From positions 480,001-544,000 of the forward strand of contig CAWAMW010000016.1 in the NCBI GenBank assembly GCA_963783305.1: a DNA stretch of 64,000 bases, read 5' to 3'. The notes under the pieces are model-generated. The model worked only from the letters and a program-made list of their open reading frames with translations, was not told the origin of the DNA and searched no databases. Shown one piece after another: positions 35,022 through 44,316 of this stretch. A program made the translations under genes and the position numbers. Every line of letters starts with the position of its first letter. Within the stretch, counting starts at the first letter, position 1. This stretch comes from an uncultured Gemmatimonadales bacterium (GTDB lineage Bacteria > Gemmatimonadota > Gemmatimonadetes > Longimicrobiales > RSA9).

Positions 35022-35847
35022 GAGGGCCGTCCGTGAGCGGGTCGACGGTGCGGGGTGAGTCGGGGCGCTTCGCTTTCTTCGGCTTCGCCAGCTTGGGCGA
35101 GGCGGGGATGCCCAGCGCCACCTTTCCGCTCTCGACATCCCGCGTGGCCACGGCCATGGAGCCGAGCATGGCGTCCTCCTCGAGGTGCACGCCTCCGAGC
35201 ACGGTGGCGTGGTAGGTCACCCGGACGTCATCGCCAATGACGGTCGGCGTGCAATCGATCAGGCGGCCATCGGCGAGGGATTGGCTGTGGCTGAAAATGT
35301 TGACGAAGTCGGAGATGATGACGCGGCTCCCGATCCGGAGCCTGCCGCGGTCGTCCAGAAGGACGTTCCGGTGCACCACCACGTCGTCTCCCACCTCCAG
35401 GTTGTACCCGAAGCTGAACTTCACCTGGTGGAAGGCTTTGAAGTTCCGACCAACGGCGCCGAAGCAGTGTCGGGCCAGGACACGTCGGAGCGGCACCCCG
35501 AGCGCCACGTTGTGGCCCAGCGGGCTCCTGTCGAACATTTCCCAGAGCCACTGGAGCGGCTTGATGCGGGCGTACCGCTCAGTGTCGATCTCCGCGTAGT
35601 ACTCGGGCTCGAGGGTGACGTTGCGCGGATCCATCTGGAGCAGCGCCATCCGCAGGGCCGGGGACAGCTCGGCCGGGTCCGCGCTCGCGTACGCGGGATA
35701 GTAGAGTTGGGTCAGTACCTCACGCGTGAGGGCGCTGCGGTCCACGCCGTCATCCGACAGCCGGTCGTCCAACTCACCGGCCCAACGTCCATACTCCTTC
35801 GCTGTGGCCTCGGGAAGCGCAACCCGGCGCAGTGGCAGAAACTCCAT
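35014..35847 (-). CDS. left-handed beta-helix (hexapeptide repeat) acyltransferase
   Basis: Hexapeptide repeats (VGRNFK, VGDDVVV, IGSRVII, IGDDVRV); ALGIPA. Confidence 0.85.
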   Translation of the reverse strand: MEFLPLRRVALPEATAKEYGRWAGELDDRLSDDGVDRSALTREVLTQLYYPAYASADPAELSPALRMALLQMDPRNVTLEPEYYAEIDTERYARIKPLQWLWEMFDRSPLGHNVALGVPLRRVLARHCFGAVGRNFKAFHQVKFSFGYNLEVGDDVVVHRNVLLDDRGRLRIGSRVIISDFVNIFSHSQSLADGRLIDCTPTVIGDDVRVTYHATVLGGVHLEEDAMLGSMAVATRDVESGKVALGIPASPKLAKPKKAKRPDSPRTVDPLTDGPHG

Positions 35848-36131
35848 CGAACCCCCGGAACGGAAACGACGCCCCGGCGGCATCGTGTTCCCGAAGCTGG
35901 CGGCAGGTCCGGGGACTGTCAATTGCCGGTTCGGCGCTCCGGGCGCGCCGCCGGCCGCTATCGTCAAGCCCCTGGCGGTCCGTCATCAGCGCGAGCGGTG
36001 CGCCCGCGGTGACGTAAGGACCGTGGCGCGGGGTCGTCCTCAGAGCGTCCAGTCGGCAGCAGGATTACATTGGTTGAGGAGGAAACTCCACGTCGTGCGG
36101 CTACGTAGGTGGGAGGCAGAGAGGAGGGCGT

Positions 36132-36542
36132 ATGGAGGATGTGACGCGAAAGCGGATCATACGGATGCTGGAGCGGCTGCCGGAAGAGCAGCTGTATCAG
36201 GTCCTGGACTATATCGAGTTCATGGAGGTGAAGTATGCCCGTGAGACCGCGCGGAAGCCCGATGCGTTCCAGGAGTTTGCGGAGCGAGTGGAGGACCAGC
36301 TGCGCGTGCGGTCTCTGGCGCCCCGGGCGATGAAGGGTACCCTGCGGCTCATGAGCACGGCCGGGCGGGTCCTGGACGGGGTGCGGGACTTGGGGAAGGG
36401 GCTGAAGGAGCCGGCGGAGAATGGTCCGGGAGCGAAAACCACGGAAACGAAGGCGAGCGGCGGCGGAGGGGGGAAGGGCGACCCTGACCGGCGGTCTCAG
36501 CGGGGCGCAGAGGGGCCTTCGGGAAAGGGGGAGCCGGGGTGA
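36132..36542 (+). CDS. hypothetical protein with DUF2281-like N-terminus
   Basis: LERLPEEQLYQVLDYIEFM pattern; AGGAGG RBS. Confidence 0.7.
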   Translation: MEDVTRKRIIRMLERLPEEQLYQVLDYIEFMEVKYARETARKPDAFQEFAERVEDQLRVRSLAPRAMKGTLRLMSTAGRVLDGVRDLGKGLKEPAENGPGAKTTETKASGGGGGKGDPDRRSQRGAEGPSGKGEPG

Positions 36543-36552
36543 CGCGGTCGTC

Positions 36553-36582
36553 TTGACACCCTCGCGTGGGGTGCCGTAGGTT
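36553..36582 (+). promoter_or_regulatory. sigma70-type promoter of guaB
   Basis: TTGACA-18 nt-TAGGTT. Confidence 0.6.
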
Positions 36583-36682
36583 CCGCCATGGAACGAGGAA
36601 GTGGAGACAGGAACGCTGATACAACGCCCGCGGGGCCGACTCCGATCGGCTCGCGGGTGTCGTGCATCATGGGGGGATTTCG

Positions 36683-38149
36683 ATGACGGAATCGGGCGGG
36701 CGTATCCGGGGTGAAGGGCTGACATTCGACGATGTTCTGCTGGTGCCGCGCTACTCGCAGGTGCACCCACAGGACACGTCCGTGACGACGCAGCTGACGA
36801 AGGGAATCGAGCTGCGGATCCCGCTCGTTTCGGCCGCCATGGACACGGTGACCGAATCCCGGATGGCGATCGCCATTGCACGGGAGGGTGGGCTCGGGAT
36901 CGTGCACAAGAACATGCCGATCGACCGGCAGGCGGCGGAGGTGGACCGGGTCAAGCGGTCAGAGAGCGGGATGATCATGAACCCCATTACCCTCCGCCGG
37001 GACGGCCGCCTGTTGGATGCCATGGAGCTGATGGCGCAATTCTCCATCAGCGGTGTCCCGATCGTCGATGACGACAACCGGCTGGTGGGGATCATCACGA
37101 ACCGCGATCTACAGTTCGAGACGGACCTGGATCAGCCGATCCAGGACGTCATGACGCACGAGAACCTGGTGACGGCACCGGTGGGCACGTCGCTCAAGGA
37201 CGCGGAGCGGATCCTCCACCGCCACCGGATCGAGAAGCTGCCGGTGGTGGACGATCAGGGGTGCCTGCGAGGCCTGATCACGGTGAAGGACATATTCAAG
37301 CGTCGCAACTTCCCGAACGCCTGCAAGGATGAGCACGGGCGGCTGCGTGTGGGGGCGGCGATCGGTACCTCCCGGGCCGACCTCGATCGCGCCGGGGCGG
37401 TCCTCGACGCGGGGGTGGACCTCCTGGTCATCGACACGGCCCACGGACATTCCGAGGGGGTGCTGACGGCGCTGGCGCGTACGCGTGAGAAGTACCCGGA
37501 CGCGCAGCTGATGGCCGGCAACGTGGCGAGTGCCGGCGGCGCCCGGGCGCTGATCGAGCGCGGCGTGGACGCGGTGAAGGTCGGGGTCGGGCCGGGCAGC
37601 ATCTGCACGACGCGGGTTGTGACCGGCGTCGGCGTGCCCCAGCTCACGGCGATCATGGAGTCCGTGGCAGGGGCGGCCGGTGACGTTCCCGTGGTCGCCG
37701 ACGGTGGGATCCGGTACTCCGGGGACATCGTCAAGGCCATCGCCGCGGGGGCAAGCGCCGTGATGATGGGGTCGCTCCTGGCGGGAACCGAAGAGAGTCC
37801 GGGCGAGAGCTTCCTCCTCGAGGGCAGGCGCTACAAGACCGTTCGTGGAATGGGCTCCCTGTCCGCCATGGAGGAGGGATCGGCCGACCGCTATTTCCAG
37901 GAGGAGCGGGAGGCGCGGAAGTTTGTGCCGGAGGGGATCGAGGCCCGGGTCCCGTACAAGGGCTCGGCGTCGGATGTGATCTATCAGCTCGTGGGCGGTC
38001 TCCGAAGCGGCATGGGCTACTGCGGCTGTCCCGACATCGGCACCATGCAGACGGACGCGGAGTTCGTGAGGATCACGGGCGGTGGCCTGAGGGAGAGCCA
38101 TCCGCATGACGTGCAGATCACCCGCGAGGCCCCGAACTACCACCTGTAA
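36683..38149 (+). CDS. guaB: IMP dehydrogenase
   Basis: [22 protein letters not shown] pair, [21 protein letters not shown] and PEGIE motifs. Confidence 0.98.
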   Translation: MTESGGRIRGEGLTFDDVLLVPRYSQVHPQDTSVTTQLTKGIELRIPLVSAAMDTVTESRMAIAIAREGGLGIVHKNMPIDRQAAEVDRVKRSESGMIMNPITLRRDGRLLDAMELMAQFSISGVPIVDDDNRLVGIITNRDLQFETDLDQPIQDVMTHENLVTAPVGTSLKDAERILHRHRIEKLPVVDDQGCLRGLITVKDIFKRRNFPNACKDEHGRLRVGAAIGTSRADLDRAGAVLDAGVDLLVIDTAHGHSEGVLTALARTREKYPDAQLMAGNVASAGGARALIERGVDAVKVGVGPGSICTTRVVTGVGVPQLTAIMESVAGAAGDVPVVADGGIRYSGDIVKAIAAGASAVMMGSLLAGTEESPGESFLLEGRRYKTVRGMGSLSAMEEGSADRYFQEEREARKFVPEGIEARVPYKGSASDVIYQLVGGLRSGMGYCGCPDIGTMQTDAEFVRITGGGLRESHPHDVQITREAPNYHL

Positions 38150-38231
38150 GCGGCAACGCCGCGAACGGCGGGCCAGGCGTGCGGTTCGCCGCATCTCCCG
38201 GGTCAAAAGAGGCGTAGAGCCCGGCGTCATC

Positions 38232-38247
38232 GGGCACGTCTCTTGCT
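38232..38247 (+). promoter_or_regulatory. sigma54 (RpoN) -24/-12 promoter for the aeRF1-like gene
   Basis: GGGCACGTCTCTTGCT; exact GG-N10-GC spacing, 45 nt before ATG. Confidence 0.75.
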
Positions 38248-38292
38248 CCCTTTTCCGGTACTCGTCGACACTTCCACTTCGACATACCGCTC

Positions 38293-39417
38293 ATGATCTC
38301 ACGTGACCAGATCCAAGCGCTGATAGAGCGTCCGGCCAATGGCGCCAACGTGCTGTCAGCGTTCCTTGACATGTCCGTGAACTCGGACAACAAGCGCACC
38401 TACCAGATCTTCCTGAACAAGGAGAAGGCGGGTTTCGCCGAGCTGGCCAGCGACCGGGAAGGCCACCACCGGGAGGAGGTGGGCGCCGCCTTCGCTCGGC
38501 TGGAAGACTGGCTCGATGCCAACTACGACGAATCCAAGAAGGGCGTTGCGTTCTTCACCTCGCTCGATGGTGATTGGGCCGAGGCGCACCAGCTCTCCGT
38601 GCCGGTGCCGAACCGGCTGACGTTGGGCGACCGTCCCATCGTAGGACCCCTCGTCGAGATCCTGGAGCGCTACCACCACCACGGGGTCGTCGTGGTGGAT
38701 CGCGAGCACCTCCGTCTCCTCAGCATGTTCCTGGATCAGACGCTCCACGAGCAGGCGGTCGAGACCGATCCGTACCCCACCGCCCACGACGTGAAGCGGG
38801 GTGGGTTCTCCGCCAAGGACTTCCAGGCGCGTAAGGAAGAAGAGACGCGGCACTTCTTCAAGGAATTCGCCACCGAACTGGAGGACTTCGTCCGACGGTA
38901 TCGACCCGACGACCTGATTATGCTCGGCACACCCGAGAACGTGAAGAAGTTTACGGACTTCGTGCCGTCGTCGATCCAGGAGATGATCGTGCACACCGAC
39001 CGCATTCAGGTCGATGCCACTGCGGCGGAAATCCGGCAGAAGCTGGCGCCGGTCTTCGAGCGCCAGCTCACCCAGGAAGAGGCGCAGGCGGTGGACCTGC
39101 TCCGCGATCGCGTAAAGGAGTCGCACATGGCGGTGTCGGGGCTCGACGATACGCTCGAGCAGCTCCAGGAGGGCAAGCTCCAGGTGCTCGTTATCGGACG
39201 CGGCCTCTCGGTGCGCGGCGGATCCTGCAGCAAGTGCGGCTTCGTGCTCGCCCGTACTTCCGGCGACTGCCCCTACTGCGGCGGGGCCGTCGAAAATTCG
39301 CTCGATCTCGGAGAGGAAATCGTCCGCATCGCCGAGGATAAGAGCGTCTCGATCGAGTTCGTGGAGCGATCGGCGGTCGAGGACCTCGGAGGCGTGGGAG
39401 GCCTGCTCCGCTTCTGA
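38293..39417 (+). CDS. bacterial archaeo-eukaryotic release factor 1 homolog (baeRF10-like) with zinc ribbon
   Basis: VLSAFLD, KGVAFF, VVVDREHLRL, GGFS-x-x-x-FQ at the GGQ loop, LQEGKLQVL, CSKCG...CPYCG, C-terminal LGGVGGLLRF. Confidence 0.85.
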   Translation: MISRDQIQALIERPANGANVLSAFLDMSVNSDNKRTYQIFLNKEKAGFAELASDREGHHREEVGAAFARLEDWLDANYDESKKGVAFFTSLDGDWAEAHQLSVPVPNRLTLGDRPIVGPLVEILERYHHHGVVVVDREHLRLLSMFLDQTLHEQAVETDPYPTAHDVKRGGFSAKDFQARKEEETRHFFKEFATELEDFVRRYRPDDLIMLGTPENVKKFTDFVPSSIQEMIVHTDRIQVDATAAEIRQKLAPVFERQLTQEEAQAVDLLRDRVKESHMAVSGLDDTLEQLQEGKLQVLVIGRGLSVRGGSCSKCGFVLARTSGDCPYCGGAVENSLDLGEEIVRIAEDKSVSIEFVERSAVEDLGGVGGLLRF

Positions 39418-39491
39418 AGATCGTACGCTGTCGCCGGCAGTGAACCGCTCCGTCCGCGTCCCACCCCGGGCCGCGGGCGGAGCGCTTTCGC

Positions 39492-39521
39492 TTGACCCTC
39501 CACCGCCACGTTTCCTATCTT
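39492..39521 (+). promoter_or_regulatory. sigma70-type promoter
   Basis: TTGACC-18 nt-TATCTT. Confidence 0.55.
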
Positions 39522-39569
39522 CCCTGCGACCCGACAGCCCTACCCTCGGCGTATAACCTGGAACTCGCC

Positions 39570-40196
39570 ATGGCGGCAGCATTCGACGCCAACGCTCGCA
39601 CCCATCTCCAGCAGGAGATCGGCAGGCTGGACGGCGTTCAGCACGCCAGCCTCGATCCTTCCTCGGGCACCCTGTGGATCGTACGGCACCCCGCCTACGA
39701 GCAGGGGCCCCTGGAGATCGCGGTCCGCAATCACATCGCCTCCCTCGGCCACGAACCGACCGAGGTGGACATCCAGCTCACAGCCCCGGTCTCCAGCGGC
39801 CCCCGCCGCCGCGTTCGCTTCGAGTCCGTCGAGCGCGTAGAGGAGCACGGGCGGGTGGTCGTCAAGGTGGCGCTCGAGTGGCAGGAAACAGTCCACATCG
39901 GCTCCGCCGTCGGGGAGGAGGGCCCCGCCATCGAGCTCAAGACCACCGCGCGCGCCGCCGTGAGCGCACTCGAACGCCTCACAGGGCAGAACCTGGACCT
40001 TCGCATCATCGGCGTGAAGCCCATCCGCGCCTTCGACTCCGACCTCATGGTCGCTTCCGTTATTCGCGACGGGGCCCGTCAGCAGCCACTCGTGGGTGCC
40101 GTCGTCGTGTCCTCCGGCCCGCTCGAGGCCGCCGCCCTCGCCGTCCTGAGCGCCCTCAACCGAATCCTCGGCAACACCCTCCACACGCCCGACTGA
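39570..40196 (+). CDS. hypothetical protein; C-terminal domain reminiscent of the LeuA allosteric (dimerisation) fold
   Basis: LVGAVVV...EAAALAVLSALNR; similar to the gene at 63339. Confidence 0.7.
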   Translation: MAAAFDANARTHLQQEIGRLDGVQHASLDPSSGTLWIVRHPAYEQGPLEIAVRNHIASLGHEPTEVDIQLTAPVSSGPRRRVRFESVERVEEHGRVVVKVALEWQETVHIGSAVGEEGPAIELKTTARAAVSALERLTGQNLDLRIIGVKPIRAFDSDLMVASVIRDGARQQPLVGAVVVSSGPLEAAALAVLSALNRILGNTLHTPD

Positions 40197-40325
40197 CTCC
40201 TCGCCCGCGGCGCCGCCGCCGCCCCTCCCGGGTCTTCCCGCCCGGCGCCGTCCGTCCGTGGAACATATGTTTTCCGGGCGCGTAACACCGCATGGACGGC
40301 TCTCTTTCTTCAGGCGAGGTTGCGC

Positions 40326-41666
40326 ATGCATCAGAAGACCGGCGTTGGGATTACGGCCGCGGCTCTGCTCGCGGTTGTGGCATGGACCACCGGGGATCGG
40401 AACATCCACACCGACCCGGCTCCCGTGGACCGGATACTGGACGCCGCGAATGAAAGCGTGGGCGCGCCGTCGGCGGTGGTGGGGAGCGCGGTTCGTTTTG
40501 CGGCGACGGCGCTGCGTCCCCGCACGGAGTGGGACCTCCCGAAGACGTACAACGACCGGGTCCAGTACTGGATCGACTACCTGTCCGGTCGGAACCGTGA
40601 CCGGATGCGGCTGTGGCTCGAGCGAGAAGGCCGCTACGGTCCGATGATCCGGGAGCGGCTGGTGCAGCGGGGTATGCCGGAGGACCTCGTCTACCTGGCG
40701 ATGATCGAGAGCGGGCTGTCGCCAAAGGCGTATTCTCACGCGGACGCTTCCGGCATGTGGCAGTTCATTTCGGAGACGGGGCAGCGATACGGGCTGGAGG
40801 TATCCCCGTTCGTGGACGAGCGGCGGGACCCGGTGCGGGCGACGGATGCGGCGCTGGACTACCTGTCGGAGCTGCATGAGCGGTTCGGCAGCTGGTATCT
40901 GGCGGCGGCGGCATACAATTCGGGGGAGAACCGGGTCGAGCGGGTTCTTCGGCAGCGGGTCAACGGACAGAAGGGGAGTGAGGCCCTGTTCTGGATGATC
41001 GACGACCACCTCCCCCGGGAGACGCGCGACTACGTGCCGCTCATGCTGGCGGCGGCGCACATCGGGAAGGACCCGGCGCGATACGGTTTCCATGAGATCG
41101 CACTGGAGGCGCCGCTGGAGTACGAGGAGGTGAAGGTGCCGGGTGGGGTGCCGCTCACGTCGATCGCAAAGTCAGCCGGGGCCGAGCTGGACGAGATCAC
41201 CGTGTTGAACGCTCACTACCTGCGAGGCATCACCCCGCCGGGTGACGAGCGAGTAGTGCGCGTGCCGACGGGCTCAGCCGAGCGTGTGCTGGATTCCCTC
41301 GATCGGATCGAGGAGGAGGGGAGGCTGAGCACGGTGGTGCACCGGGTCGGCAGGGGTGAGACTCTCAGCCATATCGCGCGTCGATACGGCGTGGACTCGG
41401 ACGCCTTGCAGGCTTCGAACGGCTACGTGAACCCGCGTCGCCTCCAGGTGGGACAGTTGATCCGTGTACCGGTGAACGGGAGCGTAGCGGCGGCGGCGGG
41501 GCAGAGCTCGCCCTCCGCGGCGAGCTGGCGAACCTATCGGGTTCGGCGCGGCGATTCCCTCTGGACGATCGCCCGCCGGCACGGGGTCAGCGTGTCGGAG
41601 CTGCGGCGCTGGAACCAGATCGGGACGCGGATCCACCCGGGACAGCAGATCCGGATCCAGGCCTGA
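40326..41666 (+). CDS. MltD-like lytic transglycosylase with LysM domains
   Basis: LAMIESG, ASGMWQF, DERRDP, AAYNSG and LPRETRDYVP motifs; LysM repeats. Confidence 0.92.
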   Translation: MHQKTGVGITAAALLAVVAWTTGDRNIHTDPAPVDRILDAANESVGAPSAVVGSAVRFAATALRPRTEWDLPKTYNDRVQYWIDYLSGRNRDRMRLWLEREGRYGPMIRERLVQRGMPEDLVYLAMIESGLSPKAYSHADASGMWQFISETGQRYGLEVSPFVDERRDPVRATDAALDYLSELHERFGSWYLAAAAYNSGENRVERVLRQRVNGQKGSEALFWMIDDHLPRETRDYVPLMLAAAHIGKDPARYGFHEIALEAPLEYEEVKVPGGVPLTSIAKSAGAELDEITVLNAHYLRGITPPGDERVVRVPTGSAERVLDSLDRIEEEGRLSTVVHRVGRGETLSHIARRYGVDSDALQASNGYVNPRRLQVGQLIRVPVNGSVAAAAGQSSPSAASWRTYRVRRGDSLWTIARRHGVSVSELRRWNQIGTRIHPGQQIRIQA

Positions 41667-41672
41667 CGACCG

Positions 41673-42491
41673 CTAGCGGGCTCCTTCGCGGACGTCGCCG
41701 AGAACGGCGCGGGCGTAGCCGTTGGCGGGGTCCCCGCCGGCTCTTCGGATGGAGTCCACGGTGCCGAGCCCGCGGTTGTAGGCCAGGAGCGCGAGGCGGA
41801 GGTCGCCATCGTAGCGATCGATGAGCCAGCGGAGGTAGCGGAACCCCAGCCGCAGGTTCGTCTCGCGCTCGAAGATGTCGCGGTACTCGAGGGTGGGGTC
41901 CAGGTCGTAGGCGGTGGCGGGCATGAGCTGCGAGTAGCCGATCGCCCCCTTCGGGCTGATCGCACGACCGTAAAACCCGCTCTCCACCTTGATCAGCCGG
42001 AACGCCAGCGAAGGCGCGAGCCCTTCGGAGAGCGCGATGTCGTTGATGTCGGAGGCCAGGTCGGCGGAGATGTCGTACTGGCTGGAGTACTCCATGATCT
42101 CCTGAATGCGGTTCATTTCCAGCCGCACCAGCTCCAGCTCACCCTGCCTTGCCTGCAGCGCCACGCGCGAACGACCCACCTCGTTCTCGAGAGTCGCCAG
42201 TCGCGCGCCGTCCGGTCGCGCAGCCAGCTGCATTCCTACCACGAACGCGATCCCTGCGATGATGAGCGTGCGGGCGGGGTGGCGGATCCGGTCCCACACG
42301 GCGGTGACCCGTCGGAGCGCGTGACCTCGCTGCTGCGATTCCCACCGCCCCAACGGCGTGGAATCTTCCCGCCTCCGCCCCCGTTTCCCCTTCTCCTCGG
42401 GGGACAGGAGGCCTCGTGCTTCGGCCTGTCGCGCCAGCTCCCGGAGGAGCTGCGTGCGCGAAGGCCCGGTAGCCGGATCTCTTGACGTCAT
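41673..42491 (-). CDS. membrane-anchored SLT-domain lytic transglycosylase
   Basis: [22 protein letters not shown] and ALLAYNRG motifs; one TM segment. Confidence 0.88.
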   Translation of the reverse strand: MTSRDPATGPSRTQLLRELARQAEARGLLSPEEKGKRGRRREDSTPLGRWESQQRGHALRRVTAVWDRIRHPARTLIIAGIAFVVGMQLAARPDGARLATLENEVGRSRVALQARQGELELVRLEMNRIQEIMEYSSQYDISADLASDINDIALSEGLAPSLAFRLIKVESGFYGRAISPKGAIGYSQLMPATAYDLDPTLEYRDIFERETNLRLGFRYLRWLIDRYDGDLRLALLAYNRGLGTVDSIRRAGGDPANGYARAVLGDVREGAR

Positions 42492-42982
42492 TGCTCCTCC
42501 CAGGAGGTCTCCGCCGACCAGTCGCCCGACTGGCCTCCCGTCTTCTCCAGCAGCCGCACGCCTTCGATCCGCATTCGCCGATCCACCGCCTTCAGCATGT
42601 CGTAGACGGTGAGGAGCGCCACCGACACCGCGGTGAGAGCCTCCATCTCCACCCCTGTCCGCCCCGTCACCCGAGCCCGCGCCACAGCCCTCACTCCCGG
42701 GACGTCCGGATCCGGCGCCAGCTCCACATCCACGCTGGTGAGGGGCAGCGGGTGGCAGAGCGGGATCAGGTCGGAGGTCCTTTTCGCACCCTGGATGCCG
42801 GCGATCTGCGCCACCAGCAGCGGGTCCCCCTTGGGAGTACGGCCCTGCTCCAGCGCCTGGAGCGTCGCCGGCGCCATCCGGATCACGCCCTCGGCGACAG
42901 CGGTGCGACGGGAAGCGTCCTTCGCCCCCACGTCCACCATCCGGGCCCGGCCGCTCTCATCCTGGTGCGTCAGCGCGTTCAC
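42488..42982 (-). CDS. moaC: cyclic pyranopterin monophosphate synthase
   Basis: LTH...[36 protein letters not shown] and KTGGQSG motifs. Confidence 0.96.
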   Translation of the reverse strand: MNALTHQDESGRARMVDVGAKDASRRTAVAEGVIRMAPATLQALEQGRTPKGDPLLVAQIAGIQGAKRTSDLIPLCHPLPLTSVDVELAPDPDVPGVRAVARARVTGRTGVEMEALTAVSVALLTVYDMLKAVDRRMRIEGVRLLEKTGGQSGDWSAETSWEEQ

Positions 42983-43182
42983 GTTTTCATCTCCATCGCT
43001 GCAAGATAACCGCGCAACTCGGCGGCGGGGAAGCGAAAAGGGAGTGGGGAGGCAGGCTACAAGATGGCGAGTCCAGCCGTTCCGGTCCATGGGTGGGCGG
43101 GACGTGGGGAGCACGGGACGCGTCAGATCGGCGCCAGCGCGGGCCGCCGGTCCGCCCTCGGGGCAGCCGGGTCGGAGCCGGG

Positions 43183-44316
43183 TCAGACGCGTAGTGAGCC
43201 CGCGAGCTCGTTCAGAAGCGTGGCCAGCGTGAGTTGGGGATTTGCGTTGATGCGCCCCCCCTCCCGTGCCTGCTCCACCCGGTGTATGGCGGCCGGAATA
43301 TGCTCTGGACGGACGCGCCCCGAGAGCGCACGGAGCCGATCCACGCTCGCCACGTCCACCACCCGCGATTCCGCTCCCGCGGCCACGGCGGCCAGATCGC
43401 GCAGCCAGAGGTTCAGGAAGTCCAGTGTGTCGGCGAACGCCCCCCGGGCGCCCACCGGGCGCTGGTCATGGGCCGCGGTGTAGCGCGCGACGGGGTCCGG
43501 GTCCAGCGCGGCCTCCAGCCAGTTGCGCGCAGTGATCCGGAGCTTTTCAGCATGCGACGGGCCGTCCTCCGCCGGCAGGAACGCGAGCGCTCGACCGGGG
43601 GAACCGCGGCCGAGCGGGGCCACCCGGTCCGCCGTCCGCGGGTCCGCTCCGCCCCGCTCTTCGAGGAACCGGCGCACCTCTCCGTTCGTGAACGGTCGGA
43701 GCCGCACGGGCAGGAGGCGCGAGCGGAGCGTCGGGAGCAGCGCTTCCGGCTCCGCGGCCGTCAGGATGAACGTAGTCGCCGGCGGCGGCTCCTCCAGGAT
43801 CTTCAGGAATGCGTTGGCCGCCTCCTCACTGGATTCCTGGGGCACGAGCAGCTCGGCGTTCCCGACGATGAACACCTGCCGCGACCCCATGGCCGGTCGG
43901 GTCGAGCCCAGTCTCCGCAGCGTTCGGACCTGGGCGAGGTAGAGTCCCGCCATCTCGTCTGGCGGCGGCTGATAGAGCGGGTCCGACCGACGCTCCGCAA
44001 GCGCCTCGTGGCGCGCTTCCTCGAGCGCGTCGGCGAGTTTCTCCGGGCTCGATGCCCCCTTCGGTCGCGGAAGCGGAAAGAACCAGTGGATGTCCGGGTG
44101 CTGGAGGCCCAGCGCGAGCCGGCAGGAATGGCATTCGTCACACGGGTCCACGGAGCCGGGCTGCTCACAGAGGAGCAGGCGCGCGAGCCAGCGCGCCATC
44201 GTCTGGCGCCCCACGCCCGGCGGCCCGTGGATCAGGAGCGAGCCGGGGAGGGCTCCGCGCACCGCAGCGGCCGCGAGTCCGCGCCGCACGTCCTCGTGCC
44301 CGAAAACCTCGCTCAC
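43183..44316 (-). CDS. holB: DNA polymerase III delta' subunit
   Basis: [29 protein letters not shown] and LLPTLRSR motifs. Confidence 0.92.
   Translation of the reverse strand: MSEVFGHEDVRRGLAAAAVRGALPGSLLIHGPPGVGRQTMARWLARLLLCEQPGSVDPCDECHSCRLALGLQHPDIHWFFPLPRPKGASSPEKLADALEEARHEALAERRSDPLYQPPPDEMAGLYLAQVRTLRRLGSTRPAMGSRQVFIVGNAELLVPQESSEEAANAFLKILEEPPPATTFILTAAEPEALLPTLRSRLLPVRLRPFTNGEVRRFLEERGGADPRTADRVAPLGRGSPGRALAFLPAEDGPSHAEKLRITARNWLEAALDPDPVARYTAAHDQRPVGARGAFADTLDFLNLWLRDLAAVAAGAESRVVDVASVDRLRALSGRVRPEHIPAAIHRVEQAREGGRINANPQLTLATLLNELAGSLRV

Noticed and set aside
36132..36542. Toxin-antitoxin module (DUF2281-like antitoxin)
   Set aside because: No adjacent PIN, RelE or Uma2-type partner gene.
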